From NCBI GenBank assembly GCA_038562595.1, contig JBCFBH010000001.1, positions 36,093-100,092 on the forward strand: a stretch of DNA of 64,000 nt, given 5' to 3'. The DNA comes from Anaerolineaceae bacterium (lineage in GTDB: Bacteria; Chloroflexota; Anaerolineae; Anaerolineales; Anaerolineaceae). Of the stretch, positions 34,602 through 44,805 are shown in pieces. Below the pieces are notes generated by a model. It did not search any database. It was given only the letters and a program-made list of their open reading frames with translations, and was not told where the DNA came from. The position numbers were made by a program, and so were the translations under genes. Each line of letters starts with the position of its first letter. Within the stretch, counting starts at the first letter, position 1.

Positions 34602-37418
34602 CTAAACCTGAGGGTGCTCCCGCAGGTAAGCGAGCACATCCTCGGCGCGAATAGGCAGACGGAAAACCCTCAATCCAATCGCGTTGTACAAGGCGTTAGC
34701 GACCGCGGGCGGGGTGGGGATGCTGACGATTTCACCCACGCCTTTCGCTCCAAATGGTCCTTCGGCAGTTGGGTGTTCCACGAGAATCGATTTCACCTGC
34801 GGGCTGTCCGACATGCGCGGGATTGGGTAGCGCGCTATCCGGTCAGTTTCCACGACGCCCGCATGAACGCGGAACTCTTCCATCAAGGCATGCCCCAAGC
34901 CCATCACCACGCCGCCCTCCACCTGTCCTTGAAAACCCAGCGGATTGAGCACGCGCCCGGCGTCATTCGCTGAAATCACCCGCAGTACCTGTAAGCTGCC
35001 GGTTTCCAGTGCGAGTTCAATCTCTACGGCTTGCGCGCTAAAGGAATAGGCGAAGTGAATAGGCGCTGAGCCACCCAGAGGACTGGTCTCAGGGGCGTGA
35101 TATTCGCGGCGGATGGACCTGCCAGCCGGGCTGGCGTCCATCAGGGCTGCAATCTCCGGCCAGCGCATGCTGTGCGCGGAGTCCATCCCGTCCGATGAGT
35201 TCGTGCGGGCGCCTTCCGCGTTGAAGGAAATTTCTTCAGGTTCAGTATCCCATTTGACAGACAGATTCGCGAGAATGTGCTGCCTGAGCTCTTTGGCAGC
35301 CAACAAAGCGGCATTGCCCGTGACAAAAGTCTGGCGTGAAGCCGTAGTCGGGCCGCTGTCGGGGGTGAGGTCGGTATCCATGACCAACACATCCACATCC
35401 CGCGGGTTCCGCGTAAACACTTCCGCCACAATTAACTGCAGAGTGGTCACCAGCCCCTGGCCAATTTCCGCGGCGGCGCTGCGCACTTGCATCCTACCGT
35501 CCAGAAAAAGTTCAACATCCGCCGCGCCAGCATCGTCCGCGCCGCTGCCCAGGCCTGTATTTTTGTAAGCCGCGGCGATCCCCCAGCAGCGCACGAACTC
35601 TTTGCCGTCGCGGGTAACCCGATTGGGCTTAAAAGGTTCTGCCCCCGCGGCTTCGCGCAGCGCGTGTTCCACTGCTCGCAGACAGTCCGGCAATCCAACG
35701 CTGTTTTCGAGCAGTTGATTGGTATTGGTCAGGCTGCCTTCGTGCAGGGCGTTAATCTTACGCAGTTCCAGCGGGTCCAAGCCAAGCTTGTGCGCAAGAA
35801 TATCCATACTGCTTTCCACCGCGAAGGCGGATTGGAGGACGCCGAAACCGCGGAACGCGCCCGCAGGCGGGTTATTGGTATAGACAGCGTAGCAATCTGC
35901 TTTGACATTCGGGATAACATACGGACCGGTGGAGTGCGTGGTCGCGCGGGTCATCACTTTTTCGCCGAGCGAAGCGTATGCGCCGGTATCCCCAAAAAGT
36001 TCGGTCTCCGCTGCCACCAATAGTCCATTCCGGCGTGCGCCTAACTTCACCCTGATTTGGGTGGCGTGCCGTTTGGGGTGCACCAGCAGGCTTTCGCGCC
36101 GGCTGAACAATAACTTCACAGGTTTGCCCGCCGCCCGGGCAAGCAGAGCGGCGTGTATCTGTCCGGCGATGTCTTCTTTCCCGCCGAAACCTCCGCCCGT
36201 GAGCTGCCCGCGTATGCGCACCTGTTCTTCCGGGACGCCCAGCGCCGCCGCGACCTGGCTGCGGTCGGAGTAGGGAATCTGCGAACCAACATAAACTTCC
36301 ATGCGCCCGTCTGGCAGCGGCACCGCAAGGCTGCATTCCGGCTCCATAAACAGGTGATCCGTGAAGGGGGTGAAGAAGCTGTGTTCGATGATAATCTCGG
36401 AATTCTTAAAGCCCTGTTCGGTGTCCCCTTTGCGCACCTTAATGTGCTTCAGCAGATTTCCGTTTTCGTGCAAAAGCTCTGCCTGGGGGGCAAGCGCCTG
36501 CTGTGGGGAGGAAAGGGCCGGCAAAGGTTCCAGCCCGACCTGGATGAGCGCCACAGCGGCATCCGCGTTGGCTTGCGTGTCCGCTGCAACCAGCGCCAGA
36601 GCATCCCCCACGGTGCGGACGCGCTCCCCCAGACCCACCAGGATGGGCCAATCATTGGTAAATAATCCATGTCGCCGTGCCGCGGTCAGGTCTTGGGCGG
36701 TGAGCACGACCTGCACGCCAGGGTGGGCTAACGCCGCGGAAATATCCAGCGAGCGCAGTATCGCGTGGGGGGCTTTCGCGCGCAGAACGCGGGCAAAAAG
36801 CATCCCAGGGAAGGCCAGGTCATTCGTAAAGAGCGCGGAGCCGTCTGCTTTGGCAGCGGAGTCCGGTCGGGGGTGAAGGGTGCCGACGGCGATGTTTTCC
36901 GCTGGCGCCAGGCTGATCTTTGGCGCCGGAAGCGGTCCGCCGTCGCGCATCACTGCGGCTGCCGCCAGCACGGCTTGCAGGATAGCTTCATACGCGCCGC
37001 AGCGGCAGAGCACGTCCTTGAGCGCGGCTTTCAGTTCATCGTAATCCGGATTCGGGTGATGGAGCAGATAGGCATAGGCATTCAGAATTTGCGCCGGCGT
37101 GCAAAAGCCGCATTGGATTGCGCCGTACGATGCAAAGGCTTCCTGCAGCGGATGCGGGCTGCCCGGGGTGGGGGAAAGCGCGCGCAGTCCTTCAATCGTG
37201 AGCACGGATTTCCCCGCGGCTTTTTTGGCTGGGTATAGGCACGATTTGACCGGTTTGTCCTCTACCAGAACCGTGCAAATGCCGCAGCGCCTCTCCCCAC
37301 AACCGATTTTCGTGCCGGTCAGGCGCAGACGATCGCGCAGAAGTGAGGCGAGCGTTTCGCCGTGGATTTCCGGGAGGGAATAGGGGTTGTTGTTGACGAG
37401 TAGCGTGATATCTGCCAT
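34602..37418 (-). CDS. Mop-like molybdopterin oxidoreductase (2x[2Fe-2S] domain fused to an aldehyde oxidase/xanthine dehydrogenase-family Mo subunit)
   Basis: 938 aa. GCGERRCGICTV and CGFCTPAQ/CRCGAY Fe-S motifs at the N-terminus. GGGFGGKE in the Mo domain. No FAD domain. Confidence 0.9.
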   Translation of the reverse strand: MADITLLVNNNPYSLPEIHGETLASLLRDRLRLTGTKIGCGERRCGICTVLVEDKPVKSCLYPAKKAAGKSVLTIEGLRALSPTPGSPHPLQEAFASYGAIQCGFCTPAQILNAYAYLLHHPNPDYDELKAALKDVLCRCGAYEAILQAVLAAAAVMRDGGPLPAPKISLAPAENIAVGTLHPRPDSAAKADGSALFTNDLAFPGMLFARVLRAKAPHAILRSLDISAALAHPGVQVVLTAQDLTAARRHGLFTNDWPILVGLGERVRTVGDALALVAADTQANADAAVALIQVGLEPLPALSSPQQALAPQAELLHENGNLLKHIKVRKGDTEQGFKNSEIIIEHSFFTPFTDHLFMEPECSLAVPLPDGRMEVYVGSQIPYSDRSQVAAALGVPEEQVRIRGQLTGGGFGGKEDIAGQIHAALLARAAGKPVKLLFSRRESLLVHPKRHATQIRVKLGARRNGLLVAAETELFGDTGAYASLGEKVMTRATTHSTGPYVIPNVKADCYAVYTNNPPAGAFRGFGVLQSAFAVESSMDILAHKLGLDPLELRKINALHEGSLTNTNQLLENSVGLPDCLRAVEHALREAAGAEPFKPNRVTRDGKEFVRCWGIAAAYKNTGLGSGADDAGAADVELFLDGRMQVRSAAAEIGQGLVTTLQLIVAEVFTRNPRDVDVLVMDTDLTPDSGPTTASRQTFVTGNAALLAAKELRQHILANLSVKWDTEPEEISFNAEGARTNSSDGMDSAHSMRWPEIAALMDASPAGRSIRREYHAPETSPLGGSAPIHFAYSFSAQAVEIELALETGSLQVLRVISANDAGRVLNPLGFQGQVEGGVVMGLGHALMEEFRVHAGVVETDRIARYPIPRMSDSPQVKSILVEHPTAEGPFGAKGVGEIVSIPTPPAVANALYNAIGLRVFRLPIRAEDVLAYLREHPQV

Positions 37419-37639
37419 ACCATCATTATATTACTGGTTGTTCCGCATCCACAGCTTGCGTGTGGAAAATACAGGGAGATGCGGATTTGCCAGGTTCTAC
37501 AGCCGGACGCGCAGAGGTGGGTGAAAAAAGAATAGCGTGACAAACCTGCAATACACCTCTGCAATACACCTCAACCTGTAATTGCCTGCTGTCTGTGCTA
37601 TACTAATTGATACAAACATTAATCAATAAGGAGCAAAGC

Positions 37640-38110
37640 ATGAAAGGTAACAAGAAAGTTCTGGATGTTCTGAATGATTTACTTTCGGATGAATTGACCG
37701 CCATCAACCAGTACATGGTTCACGGCGAAATGGCTGAGGATTGGGGTTACCCGGTGCTGCATAAAGCGATTGAGAAACGCGCTATCACCGAAATGCGCCA
37801 CGCCGAAAAGCACATCGCCCGCATCCTGTTCCTGGAAGGCATCCCGATTGTTAGCAATCTGAAGGCCCTTCATATCGGCGAGGACGTTCCCAAGGTTTTC
37901 GCGAATGATCATGCCGCTGAACAAGAAGCCATCGAAAAGTACAACGCAGCCATCAAAGTTGCCGTCGAAGCCGGCGATAATGGCACCAAAGAAATGCTCG
38001 ACGCGATCCTGATTGATGAAGAAGACCACATCGACTACATCGAAACCGAAATGAGCAAGATGGAACAAATGGGGTTGGCCTTCTACCTGTCCACCCTCAC
38101 TGAAGCATAG
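37640..38110 (+). CDS. bfr: bacterioferritin
   Basis: MKGNKKVLDVLNDLLSDELTAINQY start, EMRHAEKH ferroxidase/heme-Met region. AAGGAG 6 nt upstream of ATG 37640. Confidence 0.9.
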   Translation: MKGNKKVLDVLNDLLSDELTAINQYMVHGEMAEDWGYPVLHKAIEKRAITEMRHAEKHIARILFLEGIPIVSNLKALHIGEDVPKVFANDHAAEQEAIEKYNAAIKVAVEAGDNGTKEMLDAILIDEEDHIDYIETEMSKMEQMGLAFYLSTLTEA

Positions 38111-38132
38111 TAAAGCCTTCCCTGGTAAGTTT

Positions 38133-38161
38133 CAGCCCCGTCGGAAAATCCGGCGGGGCTG
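38133..38161 (+). terminator. stem-loop after bfr
   Basis: cagccccgtcgg-aaaat-ccggcggggctg. The T-tract is weak. Confidence 0.45.
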
Positions 38162-38598
38162 TTCTGCGCATAGCCATATAAGAAGCGCGACCCAAAAAAG
38201 CGCGTTGGATGACACAGCCGCCCCCGAAAATCCACATCTGCCCATTTGGCTTTTTCAATGCAAGTTTGGGTAAAGCGCACGCTCAGCTGCGCTGGGGTTG
38301 GCAGCCGGAAGAGAACAATCCGGGCTCAACAGGGGCATGCCGCTGGGTTCGTCCATGTTCGGTCAGGAAAGCGCAGCGCTTCCGCACAGCGCCACGCTGC
38401 TCAATTCAAGGACCCGCATATACACTTTTTAGATAAGTCATACGCGTTGTACCGGGATCGATGTCTGGAGTTATGGAGGTCTGTATATTGCGGGGCATCT
38501 ACCCTGATATAATGAAAACGTCCGGTGCTTTGGAATTCTTCCAGAATTGGGGCACACGAACTCACCCGCATCCACGCAAGTGTTTAGCTAAGGAGACA

Positions 38599-39825
38599 AT
38601 GATGCGCAGCCGCCTTCTCTTGTTTGTCCTTCTCGCAGCCGCCTGCATGTTCCTGCTGCAGGCCTGCACCCCCGCGCTTACGCCTGAATCCCTTCCGACC
38701 GAGCTGCCTACGCAAGCGCTGCCTCTTCCAACTGCGGAAGTTCCTCCGACGGAAACAGCGACCATGGAACCCACCCCTATCCCAGTGCCGACTGAAGTCC
38801 CTGCTCCGCCGAATGGCCAGATTGTGTTTCGCTATAATGCCAACCTATGGCGCTTTCTCGTCGATGCCGGAACCCTGGAACAGCTCACTTTTGATGGGGT
38901 TCCCGGGGACTACGGCAATATGTATAATCAGGCGGAATTCTCCCCGGATGGCGTAGTCCTGGCGTACACCAAGGGCGAGAGCAGCTTTATGACCGATTTC
39001 ACCAGCGGTTCTTCGCTGGATATGTCCGCTTACGGAAAGTTCATCAAGTGGAACGGCACCGACCGACAGTTCTTCACCGCGCTGGGGGATATGACCTGCC
39101 CGCCTATCGAAAACCTGGAAGACCAGGCGCTGCTGAATTTTGATGTTATGCGCTACGACCAAGCCAATCTGAGCAGCGTGACCAATCTCGGCAACATTGG
39201 CGGAGGCTTGAAGTTTGTCGGTACTATCTCAAACGACGGGAAATGGCTGGCTGCCAACAGCTGCGGCTGCTACTCGGAATGCGGCAGTGAGTCCCTTTGG
39301 CATCTGCCCACGCGCAGTCAGATTAACTCGCCGCTCAGCTTCCCCATTGGCGGTTTGGATTTCTCACCGGACAGCACCCAGCTTACGCTGGGTCAGTGGC
39401 AGATGTTCGGTTATCAGGAAAGCGCCTTGTACACGGCTGGCAGCGACCTGAGTAGTCCCTCTGCGATTTACAATCGAACGGGTACCGCGCCCATCCGGCA
39501 GGAATGGTCTCCGGATGGCAGCAGGATCGCTTTCACCCTGGTCGAGATTGACCCGGCGGAGATGAGCGCCACGGAGAGCATGGTCATCCTTATAAGCCCG
39601 AATGGGAACGAGCAGCAGTTGGTGGAAAGCGGCGGAGCGGAATTCCTGGCTTGGTCGCCAGACAGCAGCCAGCTGCTTTACAGCCTGGAAAGCGGCGGCG
39701 TGCGCAGCATCTTTTTGTACGACATCGATACTGGCATAAAAACTTTGCTTCCCTTCAAGATTGACGCCTATTCGGACGGCGCGGTTGACTGGGGCCGGCT
39801 CTCTGCCGCGGACCTGGGATTGTAG
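38599..39825 (+). CDS. TolB-like beta-propeller lipoprotein (PD40 repeats)
   Basis: Signal peptide with lipobox LLQAC and a P/T-rich linker. Repeated FSPDG/WSPDG/WSPDS/FSPDS motifs. Start taken after AAGGAG; the ORF-track start 38461 adds a non-signal extension. Confidence 0.7.
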   Translation: MMRSRLLLFVLLAAACMFLLQACTPALTPESLPTELPTQALPLPTAEVPPTETATMEPTPIPVPTEVPAPPNGQIVFRYNANLWRFLVDAGTLEQLTFDGVPGDYGNMYNQAEFSPDGVVLAYTKGESSFMTDFTSGSSLDMSAYGKFIKWNGTDRQFFTALGDMTCPPIENLEDQALLNFDVMRYDQANLSSVTNLGNIGGGLKFVGTISNDGKWLAANSCGCYSECGSESLWHLPTRSQINSPLSFPIGGLDFSPDSTQLTLGQWQMFGYQESALYTAGSDLSSPSAIYNRTGTAPIRQEWSPDGSRIAFTLVEIDPAEMSATESMVILISPNGNEQQLVESGGAEFLAWSPDSSQLLYSLESGGVRSIFLYDIDTGIKTLLPFKIDAYSDGAVDWGRLSAADLGL

Positions 39826-39924
39826 ACACCATCTGCTGCCAGCTGATTACACGGCGCGGCTTCCCCGGGCCTGCGCTGCTTTGCCTGGCATCATGCGCGA
39901 AGCGAGCCGCGTACCAGAAAGAGT

Positions 39925-40779
39925 ATGGACCCTTCAGAACCTGAGATTTACCTCCCTGACGCAGAGAAGTTTGCGCCCGCCGCGGCGCTTGAGCAGGCGC
40001 TGGCTGCCACCACGCACCTGGGCGTCGCCGCGCACCCAGATGACCTGGAAATCATGGCGATTGACGGCATCCTCAAGGGATTTTCCGTCAACGGGAATCT
40101 TTTCAGCGGGGTGGTGCTCACCGCTGGCAGTGGCGCGCCGCGCGCAGGGATGTATTCCGCCCTCAGCGACGCGGAGCTGGCGGCTTTGCGCAAAGAAGAG
40201 CAAAAAGAAGCCGCGCGGATTGGCAGGTACGGCGCGCTGCTATTCCTGAATTTCAACAGTCAGGATGTGAAGCAGGGGAGCAGCGTCGTGGAGAGCCTCG
40301 CGCAGGTGCTAAGAGCGGCACGCCCTCGTTTTGTGTACACCCACAACCTGCTGGACGCGCACCCCACGCACAGCGCGGCTGGCTGGCGCGTCATCCAGGC
40401 GCTGCGCAGCCTGCCGGAGGGGTTACTTCCCGAACAGGTTTACGGCTGCGAGGTCTGGCGCGGACTGGATTGGCTGCCAGCGCGCTGGCGAGTCGCGTTT
40501 GACTGCTCCGAACATTTGGAACTACAAAAGGAACTGCTCCAGGTCTTCAAAACCCAGGTCGAAAGCGGGAAACGCTACGACCGCGCGATCCCGGGCAGAC
40601 GGGCTGCCAATGCGGGCATGCGCGAACCAAATTCAGTTGACAAAGCCCGCGCGCTTGTATTCGCGCTGGACCTAAACCCCCTTATGCGGGACAAGACGCT
40701 GTCCCCGCGCGCATATTTGCGGGAGATTTTGAAGGATTTTGAACAGGAAGCCCTTTCAACCCTGCCGGAAGACGCCTGA
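39925..40779 (+). CDS. PIG-L/LmbE-family deacetylase
   Basis: HLGVAAHPDDLEIMA (AHPDD motif). Confidence 0.8.
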   Translation: MDPSEPEIYLPDAEKFAPAAALEQALAATTHLGVAAHPDDLEIMAIDGILKGFSVNGNLFSGVVLTAGSGAPRAGMYSALSDAELAALRKEEQKEAARIGRYGALLFLNFNSQDVKQGSSVVESLAQVLRAARPRFVYTHNLLDAHPTHSAAGWRVIQALRSLPEGLLPEQVYGCEVWRGLDWLPARWRVAFDCSEHLELQKELLQVFKTQVESGKRYDRAIPGRRAANAGMREPNSVDKARALVFALDLNPLMRDKTLSPRAYLREILKDFEQEALSTLPEDA

Positions 40780-40871
40780 GGCGCACGCGCAGCGCTTTAC
40801 CGCGCTGCTGACCGAAGCAAAGCGAAACTTGCAAACCCGGCTTTCGCTTTGGAGGAGGGCAAACGAGTATT

Positions 40872-41705
40872 CTATTCGAAGAGTTGATAGAAAAAGGGCG
40901 GAACTGTGAAAGACCCGAGCTTGTACCCATACACCAGGATCAAGGTCGCGGCCACGATCAGAAGTCCAAACGCGATGACCGCGTAATCCCACCAGTGATA
41001 CTTGAGTTCAAAAAGCCAGGTGCGTTTGCGCTGCCCAAAGCCGCGCAGATCCATAGCATTGGCAATGTCCTCGCTCGAGAGAATGGCATTCATGGTTATA
41101 GGAATCAGGAGCGGCGCGATCCGGCCAATTTTCCGGATGATGCCGCCTTTCACGTCGTCCAATTCGAAAGCGCGAGCGCGCTGGGCATCCAGCGTGACAG
41201 AAAAATTGCGCGCCAGGCTGGGGATGAAACGTATGGCGAGTTCCATCGTGTAAGCCAGCTTATCCGGCATGCCAAGTTTGCTGAAGGTTGCGCCGTAAGA
41301 ACGTGAATCCATCGTGTAGGGGATCAGGATAAAAAACATGGAGATACCGCCGATGCGCATCAGCTGGCAGATGGCGAACCAAATCCTGTCCACTGTCAAA
41401 CCCGGCTTCAACAGCCTGCCGAACAGATGGACACCCTCCGGCCAGACTAACCTGCCACCTTCGGGTACCACCCCACCCGCGCCGCCGCCAGTGATGATGG
41501 TGTTGACGACAATCATCGTGAAAAGCATGATCATCACCAGCATCCAACCGCGGCGTGTTTCTTTCCAGGTGGTTCTTCCCAGTCCGTACCAGATAACTGC
41601 GATGCTGAAAAGAACCGCCAAAATCGCGCTATTCCAGGTTGAGGTGGCAGCAATCAGAAAGGCAAATGAGAATATCCAGCGTGCCCGGGGATCGATATGG
41701 TCCAT
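40872..41705 (-). CDS. ecfT: ECF transporter transmembrane (T) component
   Basis: CbiQ/EcfT-like polytopic protein with Ala-Arg-Gly-type coupling helices (DAQRARAFEL, AMDLRGFG). Start at the internal Met MDHIDP. Confidence 0.8.
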   Translation of the reverse strand: MDHIDPRARWIFSFAFLIAATSTWNSAILAVLFSIAVIWYGLGRTTWKETRRGWMLVMIMLFTMIVVNTIITGGGAGGVVPEGGRLVWPEGVHLFGRLLKPGLTVDRIWFAICQLMRIGGISMFFILIPYTMDSRSYGATFSKLGMPDKLAYTMELAIRFIPSLARNFSVTLDAQRARAFELDDVKGGIIRKIGRIAPLLIPITMNAILSSEDIANAMDLRGFGQRKRTWLFELKYHWWDYAVIAFGLLIVAATLILVYGYKLGSFTVPPFFYQLFE

Positions 41706-41798
41706 CGGGCTGCCGCGGTATTTATAGTGCCAGCTTACCAGCATAACGAGTCAAAAAAAGGGGGCAGACGGCTGCAGCCGCCTGCCCGGGAAATTAAA

Positions 41799-42353
41799 TT
41801 AACTGCGCCCGCTGCGCTGGGTAACAGCAGCGTACGCAATCATCAGGAGTGGAACAAGCACCAATCCATTGAGGACATCGGGGATAAAGGCTGGCAGGAA
41901 GTTGGCAAAAATCACCGTGTTCATGTCCGCGCCGGAAACCCACATTTCGGAAAGCGATGCCACGCCCATGCCAACCGCGGAGCCGAGCACCACAAACAGC
42001 TCTGCCAACAGGATGGATTTGCTCGCTCTATAGTCCTGGATGAGGGGAAAGATGAGGCCCGGAACAAGACCGAGCAGCCCGTTGCCGAGATCCCACCAGA
42101 ACCAGAATCCGTAACCGGAGAGCAGGTCTGCCAGAATGTTGCCGACAAAGCCCGCAATGAAGCCCACAACTGGGCCGAATGCGATGCCGAAGAACATCGG
42201 GATAACAACCGCGGGTCGGAAGGAGACATTGCCAGCGCCGGGCAGCTGGATCATATTGGTGGCATAGGCCAGAACGGCATACAGAGCAGCGCCGATGGCA
42301 GCATACACCACTTGCTTCGTACCGAATTTCCACAAAGATTTCTTTTCCTGCAT
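41799..42353 (-). CDS. ECF transporter substrate-specific (S) component, substrate unknown
   Basis: 184 aa, about 6 TM. Lies between the ecfA and ecfT genes. Confidence 0.7.
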   Translation of the reverse strand: MQEKKSLWKFGTKQVVYAAIGAALYAVLAYATNMIQLPGAGNVSFRPAVVIPMFFGIAFGPVVGFIAGFVGNILADLLSGYGFWFWWDLGNGLLGLVPGLIFPLIQDYRASKSILLAELFVVLGSAVGMGVASLSEMWVSGADMNTVIFANFLPAFIPDVLNGLVLVPLLMIAYAAVTQRSGRS

Positions 42354-42398
42354 ACAAAACCTCCTTAAATTGGAATGATTGAATACGACATGACCATT

Positions 42399-44021
42399 TT
42401 ACCCGATATAACGCGCCAGCGTCTCTGCGCGTTGGAATCTCCCTGTCTGCGGGAACATCCGGAAGTTCAGTTCCAACAGGCTGGTGGGCAGCAGCCGCCA
42501 CTGGAGCAGCTGCTCATTATCGTTCAGGACGTCCTGGGGGGTGCCATCAGCGACAATCTGCCCATCAAAGAGCACAATGATGCGGTTGGCATAGGTCAAG
42601 GCCAGATCCAGGTCGTGCGTGATGAAGATGATGGAATCAAAGCCGGGCATTTGCAGGATCGTATCCATGAAAGATTGGTAATTCCAGTAATCCTGACCGG
42701 CAGTGGGTTCGTCCATCATCAGAATGCGTGAGCGCATAGAAAGTACAGAAGCAATGCTGACCCTCTTTTGCTGCCCAAAAGAAAGCGCCAGCGGCGGGGT
42801 GCCCAATTCTTCTTCGAGGTGCACGGATTGGATAGCCCAATCCACGTTCTCCTGGATGGTTTCCTTGGCTAAGCCCAGGTTTTCAGGCCCAAAGGCCAGC
42901 TCGTCCCTGACCGTCGCGGCAAAAAGCATCTGTGTCGGGCTTTGGAATACATAACCCACGGTCCGGGCAGCTTTTGCCACGGTCGTGGATTTGGATTCGA
43001 CGCCTTCCAACAGCACGCTACCGCGGGTGGGCTTAAGCAAACCCAGAGCATGTTTTACCAGCGTTGTTTTTCCGGACCCGTTGTGCCCCAGAATGGCGAT
43101 GACTTCGCCGGCGTGGATGTCCAGGTTCACTCCGTGCAGCACTTCAGGCAGGTCTTCGTGGTAGCGGAAGCCCACCTCTTTGAATTCGATCAGCGCTTGT
43201 GAATAATCCAGCGGTGGAACGGCTGGCACAAAATCAATTTCAGGCTCGTCTTTAGCTCTTGCCAGGATGTCCGCGGCGGGCAGTTTGATTTTATGGTAAT
43301 CGACCACCTGGCTTAAGCCCGCGGCTTCCCCCTGATAGGTGATCTCACCCTCTTCCATATACACGACGCGCTCGGGATGAATAGCCAGCACGTCCTCCAC
43401 GCGATGTTCCACAATCATGACCGCCAGGCCTTCGTCCGCCAGCTGCCGGAATGCCAGCAGCGCTTCGCGCGCTGAGGCGGGATCCAGGCTGGCGAGCGGT
43501 TCATCGAGCAACAGGATTTTGGGCTGCATCGCCAGCACGCCAGCCAGAGCCACCTTCTGCTTTTCGCCGCCCGAGGTCCCGAAGGTTTCTTTGTCGCGCA
43601 GATGCAGGATGTTCAGCCGGCGCAGCGCTTCTTCCCCTCGCCGGATCATTTCCATTCGGTCCAAGCCAAGACATTCCAGCCCGAAACAGACTTCATTTAG
43701 CACGTAGGTGCCGAGGATTTGCCTTTCGGGGTCCTGCAGCAGCGTTCCGACGTCTTGAGAAATCTCCGCGAGGTTCTTCCCACGCACGCTCTCACCATAG
43801 AGGAGAATGTCGCCGGTCATTTCTCCGTGGTAAGCCTCGGGGATGAGGCCGTTGATACAGCGCATCAGAGTGGTCTTGCCGCAGCCGCTGGAACCCGCTA
43901 AAAGCAGCACTTCGCCGGGGCGCAGCTCCAGGTTGATGTTCTTAATTGCCGGGGTGCTGCGGGAGTTGTAGCGGAAGGATAGGTCCCGGATGACGAGCGG
44001 TAAGACCTCTGGCTCAGTCAT
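42399..44021 (-). CDS. ecfA: ECF transporter ATPase, fused EcfA1-EcfA2
   Basis: 540 aa. Walker A GSSGCGKTT and GHNGSGKTT. Signatures TSGGEKQK and LSFGQQKR. Confidence 0.9.
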   Translation of the reverse strand: MTEPEVLPLVIRDLSFRYNSRSTPAIKNINLELRPGEVLLLAGSSGCGKTTLMRCINGLIPEAYHGEMTGDILLYGESVRGKNLAEISQDVGTLLQDPERQILGTYVLNEVCFGLECLGLDRMEMIRRGEEALRRLNILHLRDKETFGTSGGEKQKVALAGVLAMQPKILLLDEPLASLDPASAREALLAFRQLADEGLAVMIVEHRVEDVLAIHPERVVYMEEGEITYQGEAAGLSQVVDYHKIKLPAADILARAKDEPEIDFVPAVPPLDYSQALIEFKEVGFRYHEDLPEVLHGVNLDIHAGEVIAILGHNGSGKTTLVKHALGLLKPTRGSVLLEGVESKSTTVAKAARTVGYVFQSPTQMLFAATVRDELAFGPENLGLAKETIQENVDWAIQSVHLEEELGTPPLALSFGQQKRVSIASVLSMRSRILMMDEPTAGQDYWNYQSFMDTILQMPGFDSIIFITHDLDLALTYANRIIVLFDGQIVADGTPQDVLNDNEQLLQWRLLPTSLLELNFRMFPQTGRFQRAETLARYIG

Positions 44022-44805
44022 TCAGACTGACCTCAACAATGTCATCAATTTGCGCGGAGAGGGTGTTTTTCGCGCTGCCATTAACGACCGCGATTTCAAT
44101 AAAACCTTCGCTGTCTTCCAGGGCCACTAAATCGCCGGGTTGTTTATGGCCGTAAGAGAGCACGAGCCCCTCAATGGTCCTGCCGCGAATGGTGAAAGTG
44201 ACCCGTTCGCGGTCTTTTACCCGGTTTGCAGGCAAGTCTGTAGTGAGGTTGCCGAAGACGTCCGCCAGCAGGATGTGCGCGCGGAAGCCGTCTTTCGTTC
44301 GTTCGGCGCTGGGCAGGGGCTTGCGCACAATATCCAGCAGGGGCGTACCCAGTTCGGATAAGGCAGCGCCGTTGGCGAGGTGCGCGCCGCAGGGCGCGAA
44401 GATGTCGCGTCCATGGAAGGTGCGGCTTAGGTTCGGCAGCCAATAGCGGGCTTGGTCGAGGCAAACGATCTGCACGGATTCGCCGGCTGCTTCGGCATCC
44501 TCCAGCATCGGGGTCAGCAAGCCGTTATCCGGGGCGATGAAGAACTGATTTCCGAAGCGCGCGCCAATTGGCCGCCGCTGGGTGCCCACGCCAGGGTCTA
44601 CCACAGCGATGTGAACCGAGCCGGGCGGGAAGAACGGCGCGGCACGCCACAGCGCGATGGCGCCCTGGCGCACATCCTGAGCGGGAATGTCGTGGGTGAT
44701 ATCCGCGATTTGCGCGCCGGGCGCGATGCTCCAGATGACCCCTTTCATGGTGCCGACGAAGCCGTTTAAGTTACCGAAATCCGTTGTGAGGGAAATAATT
44801 GTCAT
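44014..44805 (-). CDS. SAM hydrolase / SAM hydroxide adenosyltransferase family (DUF62)
   Basis: 263 aa. N-terminus IISLTTDFGNLNGFVGTMKGVI typical of DUF62. 8-nt overlap with ecfA. Confidence 0.8.
   Translation of the reverse strand: MTIISLTTDFGNLNGFVGTMKGVIWSIAPGAQIADITHDIPAQDVRQGAIALWRAAPFFPPGSVHIAVVDPGVGTQRRPIGARFGNQFFIAPDNGLLTPMLEDAEAAGESVQIVCLDQARYWLPNLSRTFHGRDIFAPCGAHLANGAALSELGTPLLDIVRKPLPSAERTKDGFRAHILLADVFGNLTTDLPANRVKDRERVTFTIRGRTIEGLVLSYGHKQPGDLVALEDSEGFIEIAVVNGSAKNTLSAQIDDIVEVSLND

Noticed and set aside
38111-38598. 488-nt gap with small ORFs (38083..38280, 38209..38436, 38246..38512) and the N-terminal extension of ORF 38461.
   Set aside because: No ribosome-binding site or motif was found. 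The lipoprotein signal peptide begins at ATG 38599. No convincing RNA structure was seen.
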